64,000 nt of DNA, taken from the IMG/VR virus record IMGVR_UViG_3300045988_086138. The stretch is one strand, 5' to 3'. Numbering within the stretch: the stretch's first letter is position 1; every line of letters starts with the position of its first letter. The notes under the pieces are model-generated. The model made no database searches. It was not told where the DNA came from and worked only from the letters and a program-made list of their open reading frames with translations. The translations under genes were made by a program, and so were the position numbers. Of this stretch, positions 55,260 to 63,592 are shown in pieces. Source of the DNA: a virus.

Positions 55260-55839
55260 AAGAATAATGTTTGTAGGTCCCTCTGGGATAGGTAAAACCA
55301 CTTTAGCACAATACGTGGCTAAATCACAAAACATACCTTTTGTATCAGGTAGTATGTCGGATTTATTACCGGCTATGAAAGATTTATCTCATAATGAGGT
55401 ATTATCACTCGGTTCTCAGGCAATGCAAACGGCAGATTATCAACTCCTTAGTTTAAGAAACAGACTCTTTAGAGGTAAAGAGGAATTTGTTACAGATAGG
55501 AGTTATGCTGACCTGGCTGCATATTTTTGGTATAAACAATCTAGAACTATTCCGGAATGCGAATTAGAACACTTTATAGGTTGTTGTAAAGCATCAATGG
55601 AAGACCAATGTGATTTAGCAATCTTCCTTCCTCTAAACCTTTGTAATTATTCTGATTGGGCAATGGAAGATAATAAGAAGAGAATTACGAATAGATTCTT
55701 TCAGATTCAGATATCATCGTTGATGGGAGAACTTCTTGCAGATTGGGAAATATCCACATTATGTTTATCAAGTCTGGATTTGGAAGAAAGAAAAGAACAA
55801 ATAGACTATCATATAAACCGGATATGGGGAAAGAAGTAG
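55252..55839 (+). CDS. P-loop nucleotide/nucleoside (or DNA-base) kinase-like protein
   Basis: Walker A 'GPSGIGKTT'. The 'VTDRSYADLAAYF' motif resembles the E/D-R-S motif of dNK/dNMP kinases. Confidence 0.4.
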   Translation: MTKRIMFVGPSGIGKTTLAQYVAKSQNIPFVSGSMSDLLPAMKDLSHNEVLSLGSQAMQTADYQLLSLRNRLFRGKEEFVTDRSYADLAAYFWYKQSRTIPECELEHFIGCCKASMEDQCDLAIFLPLNLCNYSDWAMEDNKKRITNRFFQIQISSLMGELLADWEISTLCLSSLDLEERKEQIDYHINRIWGKK

Positions 55840-56792
55840 TATTTATAGCATTCTCGGATTTGCACATAAACTTATGGGCAAAGTTTAATGAGAACAATAG
55901 TAGGACCTTGAACTCTTTCAAGGTCCTGTCTATTATTGCCTCTAAATGTGAAAAGTATAAATGTCCTGCTTTATTTTGTGGTGATCTGTTTCATAAACCC
56001 GAGTCAATAGATCAGGATTTGGCCTTAATCGTAGAAGAAGAGTTTGAAAAGCTTACTAAATATAAATGGAATCTGATATACATAAATGGCAATCATGATT
56101 TGAAAGGTATTAATCGAATTGATAATATACGAAAAGGATGGCCATATATATTTTGGAAACCCTTTATGATATGCGTTGATGGTAATAGGTATAAACATGC
56201 TTCTTATGGGGATTACCATATATATGGTGTACCGTACATTGATAATAATGTGGGTCTAAGTGAATATCTTAAGAAACTCAAATTAGATAAGAATGTAAAG
56301 AACATTTTACTTCTTCATACTGATTACCCGGGAGCAAGAGATACTGATGGCAGGGAGGTTGATTCTGTAGAAAATCTGAATGTGAATACTCTAAACAAAT
56401 TTGACTTGGTATTATGTGGACATATACATAAACCCCAAAGACTGTCAAAGAAGGTTTATATGATAGGTGCACCTAATCACCAAAGAAGAACTGATAGAGG
56501 TTGTAAATTAGGGTATTGGGAGATATATTCAGATTTATCCATGAAGTTCATCCCTTTAAAAGAGTTTCCGAAATTTATTGATGTAGAAAAGGAGGATGAT
56601 ATTAAAGATGATGGCAATTATTATACTGTAATTCCCCCAAAAGCTAGTAATCCAGTTAATAATAAACATAAGATTACTAAGCAACTTTCTAAGAAAACTC
56701 TAGCAAAGAGATACTTAAAAGAGAAAGGTATAAAAGATGAGGTTAAAACCAATCTTTTAATTGAAACACTTAAAAAAGCTGAATCATGTTAA
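55824..56792 (+). CDS. Mre11/SbcD-like nuclease (T4 gp47 analogue)
   Basis: Calcineurin-like phosphoesterase motifs 'FSDLHINLW', 'CGDLFH', 'INGNHD', 'LLHTDYPGA', 'CGHIHKPQ'. Confidence 0.85.
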   Translation: MGKEVVFIAFSDLHINLWAKFNENNSRTLNSFKVLSIIASKCEKYKCPALFCGDLFHKPESIDQDLALIVEEEFEKLTKYKWNLIYINGNHDLKGINRIDNIRKGWPYIFWKPFMICVDGNRYKHASYGDYHIYGVPYIDNNVGLSEYLKKLKLDKNVKNILLLHTDYPGARDTDGREVDSVENLNVNTLNKFDLVLCGHIHKPQRLSKKVYMIGAPNHQRRTDRGCKLGYWEIYSDLSMKFIPLKEFPKFIDVEKEDDIKDDGNYYTVIPPKASNPVNNKHKITKQLSKKTLAKRYLKEKGIKDEVKTNLLIETLKKAESC

Positions 56793-58498
56793 CATTTCTA
56801 AGTATGGATGCAGAGGGATTCTGTTCAATAGAATCCCTACATTTGTTATTGAATACTCAATGTACCATACTAATCAAAGCTCCGAATGGCAAAGGGAAAT
56901 CCACTATCCTTTCAGCTTTGGTATGGGCAATATATGGGAAGAATCTAAAGGGAGTTTCTGAGGTAAATACCTGGAAACAAGTAAGACCTAAAGATTATAA
57001 AGGTACAAAGGTACAAGTATACTTCCAAAAAGACTCACATACTTATAAGATACTAAGGTGTCAAAAATATGAAGGAGTAATCGATGATGGGGCTAAAGGT
57101 AAAGACAGACTTATATTTATCAAGGATGGAGATGTAATTGATATAAAAGGGAAAGGTAAGATACAGGATGCCATAAACAGAGAAATAGGTTTGTCATATA
57201 CTTTGTTTATGAATTCAATTATGTTTGGCCAGGGTATAAGGAGGCTTATACAAGAGTCTAATTCAGACAAGAAAAAGATATTTGAAGAAGTATTTGATTT
57301 AGAGTTCTTAAACCTTGCTAAGGGCATTGCATTGCAGGATAAGAATAACCTTATATCTCAGATAAATGAAGTAGAGCATGAGTCTCAAATGCTGAAGAAA
57401 GAATTAGAGGCTAATAAAGAGGCTTACTTTGATATGAGAGATAGGGAAAAATCTTTCAAACAAAAGATTAGGGAAGAAAGGAAAGAACTAAAACAAGATA
57501 GGGAGAAGCTAACTAAGTTACTGATTGAAAAACAAAAACAGATTAAAGATGAAGTAGATGCCTCACTTCAGATAAAGATTAAGAAACAAAACAAATTAAT
57601 CCTTGATTTAAGGGGTAAGATAAAAGATGCTAAGAGTTTATCCAATGTACCTCTCAAGACGGTAATTAAGGAATTAGTAATACAGTTAGAGGCAGGCCAC
57701 TACAAACGTGCATTACGTGATGCTAAATCAATATATAAAGCGTTCTCTGACCTTGATAAATATGATAAAGAGTATCAAGAGGCTTTAGAAAGGTTAGAAG
57801 AACTTGGTAGTGTAAATGATAAGTATAGGAAATTAAAATCTGATTGTGATGATATTGCTTCTGATATTGCTTCTGTTGATGAGGATTTGGCTAAGCTCAA
57901 ACAGGAAAAACTTAAAGTCATGTCTCCCAAGTATAAACAGAAACTTAAAGAGATTAGGAAAAAATTACGGAAGGTTGATGAGGATTTTCACAACAAAGAA
58001 TTAGAGCTTGAGAATTACAATTGGTTAATCAATGACCCATTGGGAAATAATGGGATTAAAGCTTATTTATTCGATTCCTCTCTTGAGTTCTTGAACAAAT
58101 GTTTAGAAAAATATTCAGAAGTATTAGGATTTAGGATTGAATTTAATATCGATTTGGGTACTGCTAGAAAAGAGTTTGTTACTCTTATAGAAAGAGATGG
58201 GCAAATAATTGATTATGATGAACTTAGTGGAGGAGAAAAACAATTATGTAATGTTGCAATGGCATTTGCAATGAATGAAGCTCTTACTGCTTCTAAAGGT
58301 ATCAATTTAGCATTCCTTGATGAGGTATTCGAATCTTTAAGTTCGGATAATGTTGAAATAGTTACATCACTAATACGACACATATTCAAAGAAAAAACCT
58401 TATTCTTAATAACCCATCTAGATTCACTTCCATTGGGTAATACTAAAATCCTGCAAGTGGAAAAGACCCAAGGCCTGAGTAGGTACCAATTACTATAA
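56786..58498 (+). CDS. Rad50/SbcC-like ATPase (T4 gp46 analogue)
   Basis: Walker A 'APNGKGKSTILSAL', a long central coiled coil, signature 'LSGGEKQL', Walker B 'LAFLDEVFESL'. Confidence 0.85.
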   Translation: MLTFLSMDAEGFCSIESLHLLLNTQCTILIKAPNGKGKSTILSALVWAIYGKNLKGVSEVNTWKQVRPKDYKGTKVQVYFQKDSHTYKILRCQKYEGVIDDGAKGKDRLIFIKDGDVIDIKGKGKIQDAINREIGLSYTLFMNSIMFGQGIRRLIQESNSDKKKIFEEVFDLEFLNLAKGIALQDKNNLISQINEVEHESQMLKKELEANKEAYFDMRDREKSFKQKIREERKELKQDREKLTKLLIEKQKQIKDEVDASLQIKIKKQNKLILDLRGKIKDAKSLSNVPLKTVIKELVIQLEAGHYKRALRDAKSIYKAFSDLDKYDKEYQEALERLEELGSVNDKYRKLKSDCDDIASDIASVDEDLAKLKQEKLKVMSPKYKQKLKEIRKKLRKVDEDFHNKELELENYNWLINDPLGNNGIKAYLFDSSLEFLNKCLEKYSEVLGFRIEFNIDLGTARKEFVTLIERDGQIIDYDELSGGEKQLCNVAMAFAMNEALTASKGINLAFLDEVFESLSSDNVEIVTSLIRHIFKEKTLFLITHLDSLPLGNTKILQVEKTQGLSRYQLL

Positions 58499-58529
58499 TG
58501 GTATATAAAATACAATACACCATTATATT

Positions 58530-59045
58530 ATGAACTCTAAGAATAAGGGAAATAGATTTGAAAGAAAAATAGGGGCCTGGTTCACCAAGTGGACCGGGTT
58601 TAAGTTTGAAAGGAATCGAGCAGGCTCAGGAGCTTGGCATACGAATAAAGATTCCACTTCAGATTTAACGTGTACAGATGAAAAACATGCTCATAGGTGT
58701 AAGATATCTATTGAGTGTAAAAATTACAAAGACATCAAGTTTGAACATATACTACTTGGCAATAAAAACTGTGATATCCTAAGATTTTGGGAACAAGCAA
58801 GCAAGGATGCTAAAAGGGCAAATAAAGTACCTATTCTATGTATGAGGTATAATTCTATGCCTGCAAATGAATTTTTCTTCGTAGTTGGAGTAAAACTGGG
58901 AGATATTATTGCAGAATATGTTACTAAAGTAATGTATATTCAAGTACCCGGGAATACTCTTATGGTATTTATGGCTAGTGAGGTTTTAAATGTACCTTAT
59001 AAGTTAATTCATAAGCAAGCTAAGTTAATTCTTAAAAACTCCTAA
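58530..59045 (+). CDS. PD-(D/E)xK nuclease, Holliday-junction-resolvase-like (Hjc/RecU type)
   Basis: N-terminal 'KGNRFERKIGAWF', then 'SDLTC' ... 'ISIECKNY' (D ... E-x-K). Confidence 0.5.
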   Translation: MNSKNKGNRFERKIGAWFTKWTGFKFERNRAGSGAWHTNKDSTSDLTCTDEKHAHRCKISIECKNYKDIKFEHILLGNKNCDILRFWEQASKDAKRANKVPILCMRYNSMPANEFFFVVGVKLGDIIAEYVTKVMYIQVPGNTLMVFMASEVLNVPYKLIHKQAKLILKNS

Positions 59046-59049
59046 ACTC

Positions 59050-59766
59050 ATGAAAAAGCATACCCCATATTCATATTGCATATTCTATATTGAAAGAAAG
59101 TACTGTGACAGAATTAATAAAGAACTGAAAGAGAAGGGGTATAACCAAGTAAAAGCAATTATACCTACAGTAAACGTATTAAGGAAAACCATAAAAGGTA
59201 AAATGGTATTTGAAGAAGTACCAGTACTGTTTAATTATGGCTTTATGAGAATGCCCACTGAATTAGCTTTTTCTAGGCCTTTTTTGAATAAACTGAAGAG
59301 AAGTATATCCGGTATTAGAAGTTGGTTACGGAATACGGAAACCATGCACCAGAGAAAGAAAAAGGCAAGAATAGATAATTCAGAGGATTTCGATGACTTT
59401 TCATTGGTAGCTACATGCAGTAGGAAAGAAGTAAGGAGATTTAAGAGACTTGCAAAAGAGAACAAGAGGTTTTCAGTTGAGGATTTGGTTAAAGTAAATC
59501 CTGGTGATTACTTAGTATTAAGAGGTTATCCTTATGAGGGGATAGATGCTACGGTATTAGAGGTTGACCATTTATGTAAAAGGGTAAAAGTACTAATATA
59601 CCCAGAAATGGGTAAGATGGAAGTATGGTTACCCTTTGACAATGTTATATATAGCGTATATTTGAACCATGACCCAGATAGGCTTTATGCTAATCAGGGA
59701 GAATTCGACCCAAATCAGATTACCGGTGAAGCAATAGATACTATTATGAATTTTAGAAGAAGTTAA
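59050..59766 (+). CDS. NusG/RfaH/UpxY-like transcription elongation (antitermination) factor
   Basis: NGN-like 'YCIFYIERKYCDRINKELKEKG...IIPTVNVLRKTIKGKMVFEEVPVLFNYGFMRM'. KOW 'VNPGDYLVLRGYPYEGIDATVLEVDHLCKRVKVLIYPEMGKMEVWLPFDNV'. Confidence 0.65.
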   Translation: MKKHTPYSYCIFYIERKYCDRINKELKEKGYNQVKAIIPTVNVLRKTIKGKMVFEEVPVLFNYGFMRMPTELAFSRPFLNKLKRSISGIRSWLRNTETMHQRKKKARIDNSEDFDDFSLVATCSRKEVRRFKRLAKENKRFSVEDLVKVNPGDYLVLRGYPYEGIDATVLEVDHLCKRVKVLIYPEMGKMEVWLPFDNVIYSVYLNHDPDRLYANQGEFDPNQITGEAIDTIMNFRRS

Positions 59767-59767
59767 C

Positions 59768-60751
59768 ATGATGAACGAGGCTCAACAAAAAGCATGGAGT
59801 TGTTTAATTGACAAAGAACAACAATCATTATTCCTTCAACTATCAGAAAGTAAATCTTCATGGGAAGCTGGTGAAATTTTAAAGTTATCTCATTATAAAT
59901 ATCTTGAAATCCGAGAAAGGTCTGAGAAGTTTTTTAGGCTTTTCTCGGATTTTTTTGAGAAACACACTTCTATCTTTCGACCAGATTGCCCATGTGAGAG
60001 GAACTTCCAAGATTATATTGAAGGATGTTTAGAGAAACGTCTAAAGAGAAAGGAAGCCAGTTTATATACTGGAGATTCTGCTCAATTACTCCCAAAAGTA
60101 AACTCTAAGAACATAGAGAGGAACATGAAGAGGTTAAAAGACTCCGAAGATGAATGGGATTTAGATACTCTAAGATTAATTCTTGAGTTTGATAGGTGGA
60201 ATAATTTTAGAATACTTCCAAGAATGCTACAACAGCCTTCTGCATTTAAGAGAAGGTCTAATAAAAAAGATAAGATATACATAAAATATCTACTTAATAG
60301 AGTGCCAGATTGGATGCACACTAAACTCAGAGAAAGGTTTAGGTATAAAGTAAAACCTGGTAAGAAGAAATATTGGGTAGCTTTAATATCAGAGGAATTA
60401 TATACTGATGGTTACTTACTATTACCAATAAGACCATTGGAAGAGGTAGTTAGTGAATTTAGTAGATTTTATATGTATGTATTCGAAACTAAAGATGATG
60501 CCGATACTTTTGGTTTTATGGTATCTAAGTTTATGATTAAAACTGGTACGGTAAAGCTTGGGCAAAAATTCTGGCCAGAGTACAGATGCTGTGTGGAAAA
60601 AGCAGTAAACTATAATCAAGTGAATAACATAGAATTCAATATCAAGAAATTGGATATGGCCTATAACATTCATACACACCGAAAACCAAGGAAACCTAAA
60701 TCTACTGCCGTAGAACGGGCAAAAACCTCGGCTTTTTATAAAAATAAATAG
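59768..60751 (+). CDS. Hypothetical protein with an N-terminal sigma-region-4-like HTH
   Basis: 'LIDKEQQSLFLQLSESKSSWEAGEILKLSHYKYLEIRERSEKFF' resembles L-x-x-x-x-r-x-v-f-x-L ... s-x-x-E-i-a-x-x-L-x-i-s. Coupled to the NusG-like gene by a 1-nt spacer. Confidence 0.35.
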   Translation: MMNEAQQKAWSCLIDKEQQSLFLQLSESKSSWEAGEILKLSHYKYLEIRERSEKFFRLFSDFFEKHTSIFRPDCPCERNFQDYIEGCLEKRLKRKEASLYTGDSAQLLPKVNSKNIERNMKRLKDSEDEWDLDTLRLILEFDRWNNFRILPRMLQQPSAFKRRSNKKDKIYIKYLLNRVPDWMHTKLRERFRYKVKPGKKKYWVALISEELYTDGYLLLPIRPLEEVVSEFSRFYMYVFETKDDADTFGFMVSKFMIKTGTVKLGQKFWPEYRCCVEKAVNYNQVNNIEFNIKKLDMAYNIHTHRKPRKPKSTAVERAKTSAFYKNK

Positions 60752-60780
60752 AAATAGATATTTAATTAAAATATTATTCT

Positions 60781-60788
60781 TATATTTG
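60781..60788 (+). promoter_or_regulatory. Bacteroidota-type -7 promoter box TAtaTTTG
   Basis: Part of CTTATATTTGCATACGAAT (60779-60797), about 38 nt upstream of the ATG at 60826 in a 74-nt AT-rich gap. Near-identical to the block at 37711-37730 (minus strand). Confidence 0.55.
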
Positions 60789-60825
60789 CATACGAATTAA
60801 TGAATACTTAAATAATATAATAGAT

Positions 60826-61407
60826 ATGGCAAAAAAGAGCAAAAAAGACATGAAAGCCCCATCCAAAGAGAAATCAAGTTTCTTGGGTGCATCAGGGAGA
60901 AACATGACTTACAAGGATTTAAAGAGAAAGGCTATCATATTGGGTATGCCTTTTCCAGATGCTTGTTCTGCCGGAGTTTTTGATTTACTACATTACATTC
61001 AATCATCAGAAGAAAAACCTGATAAATCATTGATTGATAAATATGATGATTGGATGGATAAGCAACTTGAAAACATTGGCTATTCAAAAGAAGACCCATT
61101 AAGAAATTCAAGATTAAGGCTTGGGTTTCTTGGAGAAGAAGGGGATAATGGGAAAAGAAAAACAAAAAGAGTCCCTGGAATAAAGAAACCTCGAGAAAAA
61201 AAGCCACCAAGAGAAAGGGACGAATTTAATCTTATCAAGGGAACTAAGAAATCCTACGTATGGGAATTAACTGCAAAGGGTTTTGAACTTGATAGGATTA
61301 TTCGGAGAATGAAGAAGAAATTCCCTGAAGCAAACGAGAAATCTATTAATCTTTGGTATAGAATGGCAAAGAGGACTATCAATGGTAAAGCTAAAGGAAG
61401 GAAATAA
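60826..61407 (+). CDS. Hypothetical basic protein (possible DNA-binding)
   Basis: 193 aa, Lys/Arg-rich linkers 'GKRKTKRVPGIKKPREKKPPRER'. Confidence 0.5.
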   Translation: MAKKSKKDMKAPSKEKSSFLGASGRNMTYKDLKRKAIILGMPFPDACSAGVFDLLHYIQSSEEKPDKSLIDKYDDWMDKQLENIGYSKEDPLRNSRLRLGFLGEEGDNGKRKTKRVPGIKKPREKKPPRERDEFNLIKGTKKSYVWELTAKGFELDRIIRRMKKKFPEANEKSINLWYRMAKRTINGKAKGRK

Positions 61408-61945
61408 TGGACCAATAAGACCAGATAGGTATTATATATGGACATGGAGACCAGATACCACTAATAAGTATGTAACTGAGAAAAGTTTATACAGGAAACA
61501 TTTAACCGGTATACCCTATTTCTCTAGACATCATATTAAGGTTACCTTAGTTTATATTTATGGGGTAGATGTCTTACGGTATATCCATATTATATCTGGA
61601 AGGAAACTAATAAGGCAAGGTATTAGAGAATTATCCGACATGAATGGTAACCGATTCAAATGGGGTTACACTAAATTCTGGTATAAGGGTAAATTCGTAA
61701 AAGCGAAGAAATTCATAATACCCGATGAATATCATATAGATAAACATAGGAGGCGAAGATTCATGGTTCAAATGCACCGGGTCTTTAAATCTAAAGGAAG
61801 AAAGGAATTCGATGAAAGGTACTCAATTAAACTCTATGGACAACGGCAGGGCATATCTACCGAGCATCTCCACAAAAAGAGATTACAGGTCCGTCTTGTT
61901 ATCCTACAGGATTTACAACAGGCTGAATCAAGAGGAGAAGAATAA
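61382..61945 (+). CDS. Hypothetical highly basic, Trp/Tyr-rich protein
   Basis: 187-aa ORF. Its 3' end overlaps the next ORF by up to 134 nt. Confidence 0.45.
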   Translation: MVKLKEGNNGPIRPDRYYIWTWRPDTTNKYVTEKSLYRKHLTGIPYFSRHHIKVTLVYIYGVDVLRYIHIISGRKLIRQGIRELSDMNGNRFKWGYTKFWYKGKFVKAKKFIIPDEYHIDKHRRRRFMVQMHRVFKSKGRKEFDERYSIKLYGQRQGISTEHLHKKRLQVRLVILQDLQQAESRGEE

Positions 61946-62357
61946 GTTTAATCTTCTATTCTTACAGTACCCTCCATTGGTAAGTTCACTAGCTTTATAT
62001 TTAAGAAAGAAAATGAACATCCCAATACAGAAGGTACTATTTATCAAAGCACAAAGGGATATGCTTGATATATTCGATGAGGCATCACTTAAATTTATGG
62101 GGTATTTGCCAAAAGAAAGGTTCATCAAGAAATCACTTTTGTTCCAAGGGTTTATATCATTGGAGGGTATTAAGCTTAGAAGTTCTTATGCTTATATAAT
62201 GACTAATAGGATGATAGAAAATAAGATATGGGTATACCCAATTCGACTATCAGATAACTATAAATCAATACAAAAGGGGAAATACAAATTCTATACCGAA
62301 GTATTTGGTAAGGTTGGTATTCCCGGAATAACTAAAATTAGGTATAGCAATGAATGA
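61812..62357 (+). CDS. Hypothetical protein with a sigma-region-4-like segment; start uncertain
   Basis: 'YNRLNQEEKNKFNLLFLQYPPLVSSLALYLRKKMNIPIQKVLFIKAQRDML'. In-frame ATGs lie at 61812, 61836 and about 62014. Confidence 0.4.
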   Translation: MKGTQLNSMDNGRAYLPSISTKRDYRSVLLSYRIYNRLNQEEKNKFNLLFLQYPPLVSSLALYLRKKMNIPIQKVLFIKAQRDMLDIFDEASLKFMGYLPKERFIKKSLLFQGFISLEGIKLRSSYAYIMTNRMIENKIWVYPIRLSDNYKSIQKGKYKFYTEVFGKVGIPGITKIRYSNE

Positions 62358-62583
62358 TAAATTATCAAAGGTAGGGTTAGTAACACATGGACCCATTAAC
62401 CCTTTCATAGGTAAGACCTTTAAAAAGGTAACCTACGATAAACACCATAAGGAGGTTAAATCCGAAATGGTAACTATAGAATCCCAGATAGAATTGAAAA
62501 CAACTCTAGATGAGATTAAACAATTTAACAGTGATAACGAAAATCCCGGAAACGGTAATTATCAGAAACTTATAACAGAGTGA
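62350..62583 (+). CDS. Small hypothetical protein
   Basis: 77-aa ORF with an ATGA-type overlap. Confidence 0.45.
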   Translation: MNDKLSKVGLVTHGPINPFIGKTFKKVTYDKHHKEVKSEMVTIESQIELKTTLDEIKQFNSDNENPGNGNYQKLITE

Positions 62584-62623
62584 TATATTTATTAATTTAT
62601 TAACCAACTTAAACATTACGAAA

Positions 62624-63109
62624 ATGGCTAAGAAGAAAAAAGAAGTGGAACTGAAAGAAGTTTCCAGAACAGAAATCAATGGTGCAATTATCATTAAGTA
62701 CGAAGATGGCTCAGTAAAAATCATCCCGGCTCCCATTACCTTGACTGCCGAAGAAGCTGAAGAACTCTTTGGTTCTGAATCCGAAGAGGAAGAAGAGGAA
62801 GAAGAGGAAGAAGAGGAAGAAGAGGAAGAAGAGGAAGAGGAAGAGGAAGAAGAGGAAGAAGAGGAAGAAGAGGAAGAGGAAGAGGAAGAAGAGGAAGAAG
62901 AGGAAGAGGAACTGACCGGTGAAGACCTTGCCGAAATGGACTTCGAAGAACTCGAAGATGTCTGCGATGACAAAGAACTCGAAACCGATCCGGACGATTA
63001 CGAAGAAGACGACATCGAAAAACTTCGTAAGGCAATCGCCAAAGAATTGGGTCTCAAACTTCCGGCAAAGAAAGAAGCCAAGGGAAAGGGCAAAAAGGGA
63101 AAAAAGTAA
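62624..63109 (+). CDS. Hyper-acidic protein with 43 consecutive glutamates and a Lys-rich C-terminal tail
   Basis: The ORF reads through a GAA/GAG repeat. Non-repeat parts ('EINGAIIIKYEDGSVKIIPAPITL', 'LRKAIAKELGLKLPAKK') look like genuine protein. CCG/CGT codon usage matches the capsid genes. Confidence 0.65.
   Translation: MAKKKKEVELKEVSRTEINGAIIIKYEDGSVKIIPAPITLTAEEAEELFGSESEEEEEEEEEEEEEEEEEEEEEEEEEEEEEEEEEEEEEEEEEEELTGEDLAEMDFEELEDVCDDKELETDPDDYEEDDIEKLRKAIAKELGLKLPAKKEAKGKGKKGKK
62783..62911 (+). repeat. Imperfect (GAAGAAGAG)n/(GAAGAG)n purine microsatellite, 129 nt
   Basis: Read directly: 43 in-frame GAA/GAG codons with no interruption. Confidence 0.95.
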
Positions 63110-63136
63110 GAGACTATGAGGGAAGGAAATATTACT

Positions 63137-63172
63137 GGGAAGGAGACGACCCAAGGGATGACCTTCCCTTTT
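63137..63172 (+). terminator. Intrinsic terminator after the poly-Glu gene
   Basis: GGGAAGG (63137-63143) / CCTTCCC (63162-63168), then TTTTAAAA. Confidence 0.5.
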
Positions 63173-63211
63173 AAAACTATTTAGTAACATAACATTTAAA
63201 AATTAAAAGAA

Positions 63212-63592
63212 ATGGCAACAAAGAAAGCTGACACCAAGAAAAAAGGTGACAAAGAAAAGGATGCTGAAAAAGAAGCAAAACGTAAAGCTCGTCAAGAGGC
63301 TCTAAAAAACAGACCCGCTGAACAACGTCCTAACAGTAAGCAAATTGATATCATTGCAATCAACGACAAATCCAAGGTAATGAACTTTGGTTATGCCGTA
63401 AAAAACAAAGAAGGTTATCAGGGCGTAGTAGTTACTTCAGTTTTGGTTACCGATGGTAAACCGGTATCTACTTCAGTGGCATTCGTTCCCGGAAACTTGA
63501 CAGTGAAGTCAAAGAAAGGTCATGGCGTTATCTGTTCTCCGAAAAACAAGAAGAACAAAGAAGGTGATGCCGAAGAGGAAGCTGAAGATTAA
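63212..63592 (+). CDS. Hypothetical protein with a Lys-rich N-terminus, a beta-rich core and an acidic C-terminal tip
   Basis: 126 aa. 'MATKKADTKKKGDKEKDAEKEAKRKARQ...'. High-expression-type codons (CGT, CCG). Confidence 0.55.
   Translation: MATKKADTKKKGDKEKDAEKEAKRKARQEALKNRPAEQRPNSKQIDIIAINDKSKVMNFGYAVKNKEGYQGVVVTSVLVTDGKPVSTSVAFVPGNLTVKSKKGHGVICSPKNKKNKEGDAEEEAED

Noticed and set aside
62783-62911. Could the tandem repeat be a CRISPR array or a satellite outside coding sequence?
   Set aside because: The units are 6-9 nt with no spacers and the tract is perfectly in frame within an ORF. No repeat-spacer architecture was seen anywhere in the window.
62506-63190. Long minus-strand ORFs (poly-Ser 62506..62973, poly-Phe/Leu 62711..63190, poly-Leu/Pro 62736..63035) and the plus-strand ORF 62919..63119
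   Set aside because: They are artefacts of reading the GAA/GAG microsatellite and its flanks in other frames or on the other strand. Only the plus-strand poly-Glu frame has protein-like flanks, a sensible start and a terminator.
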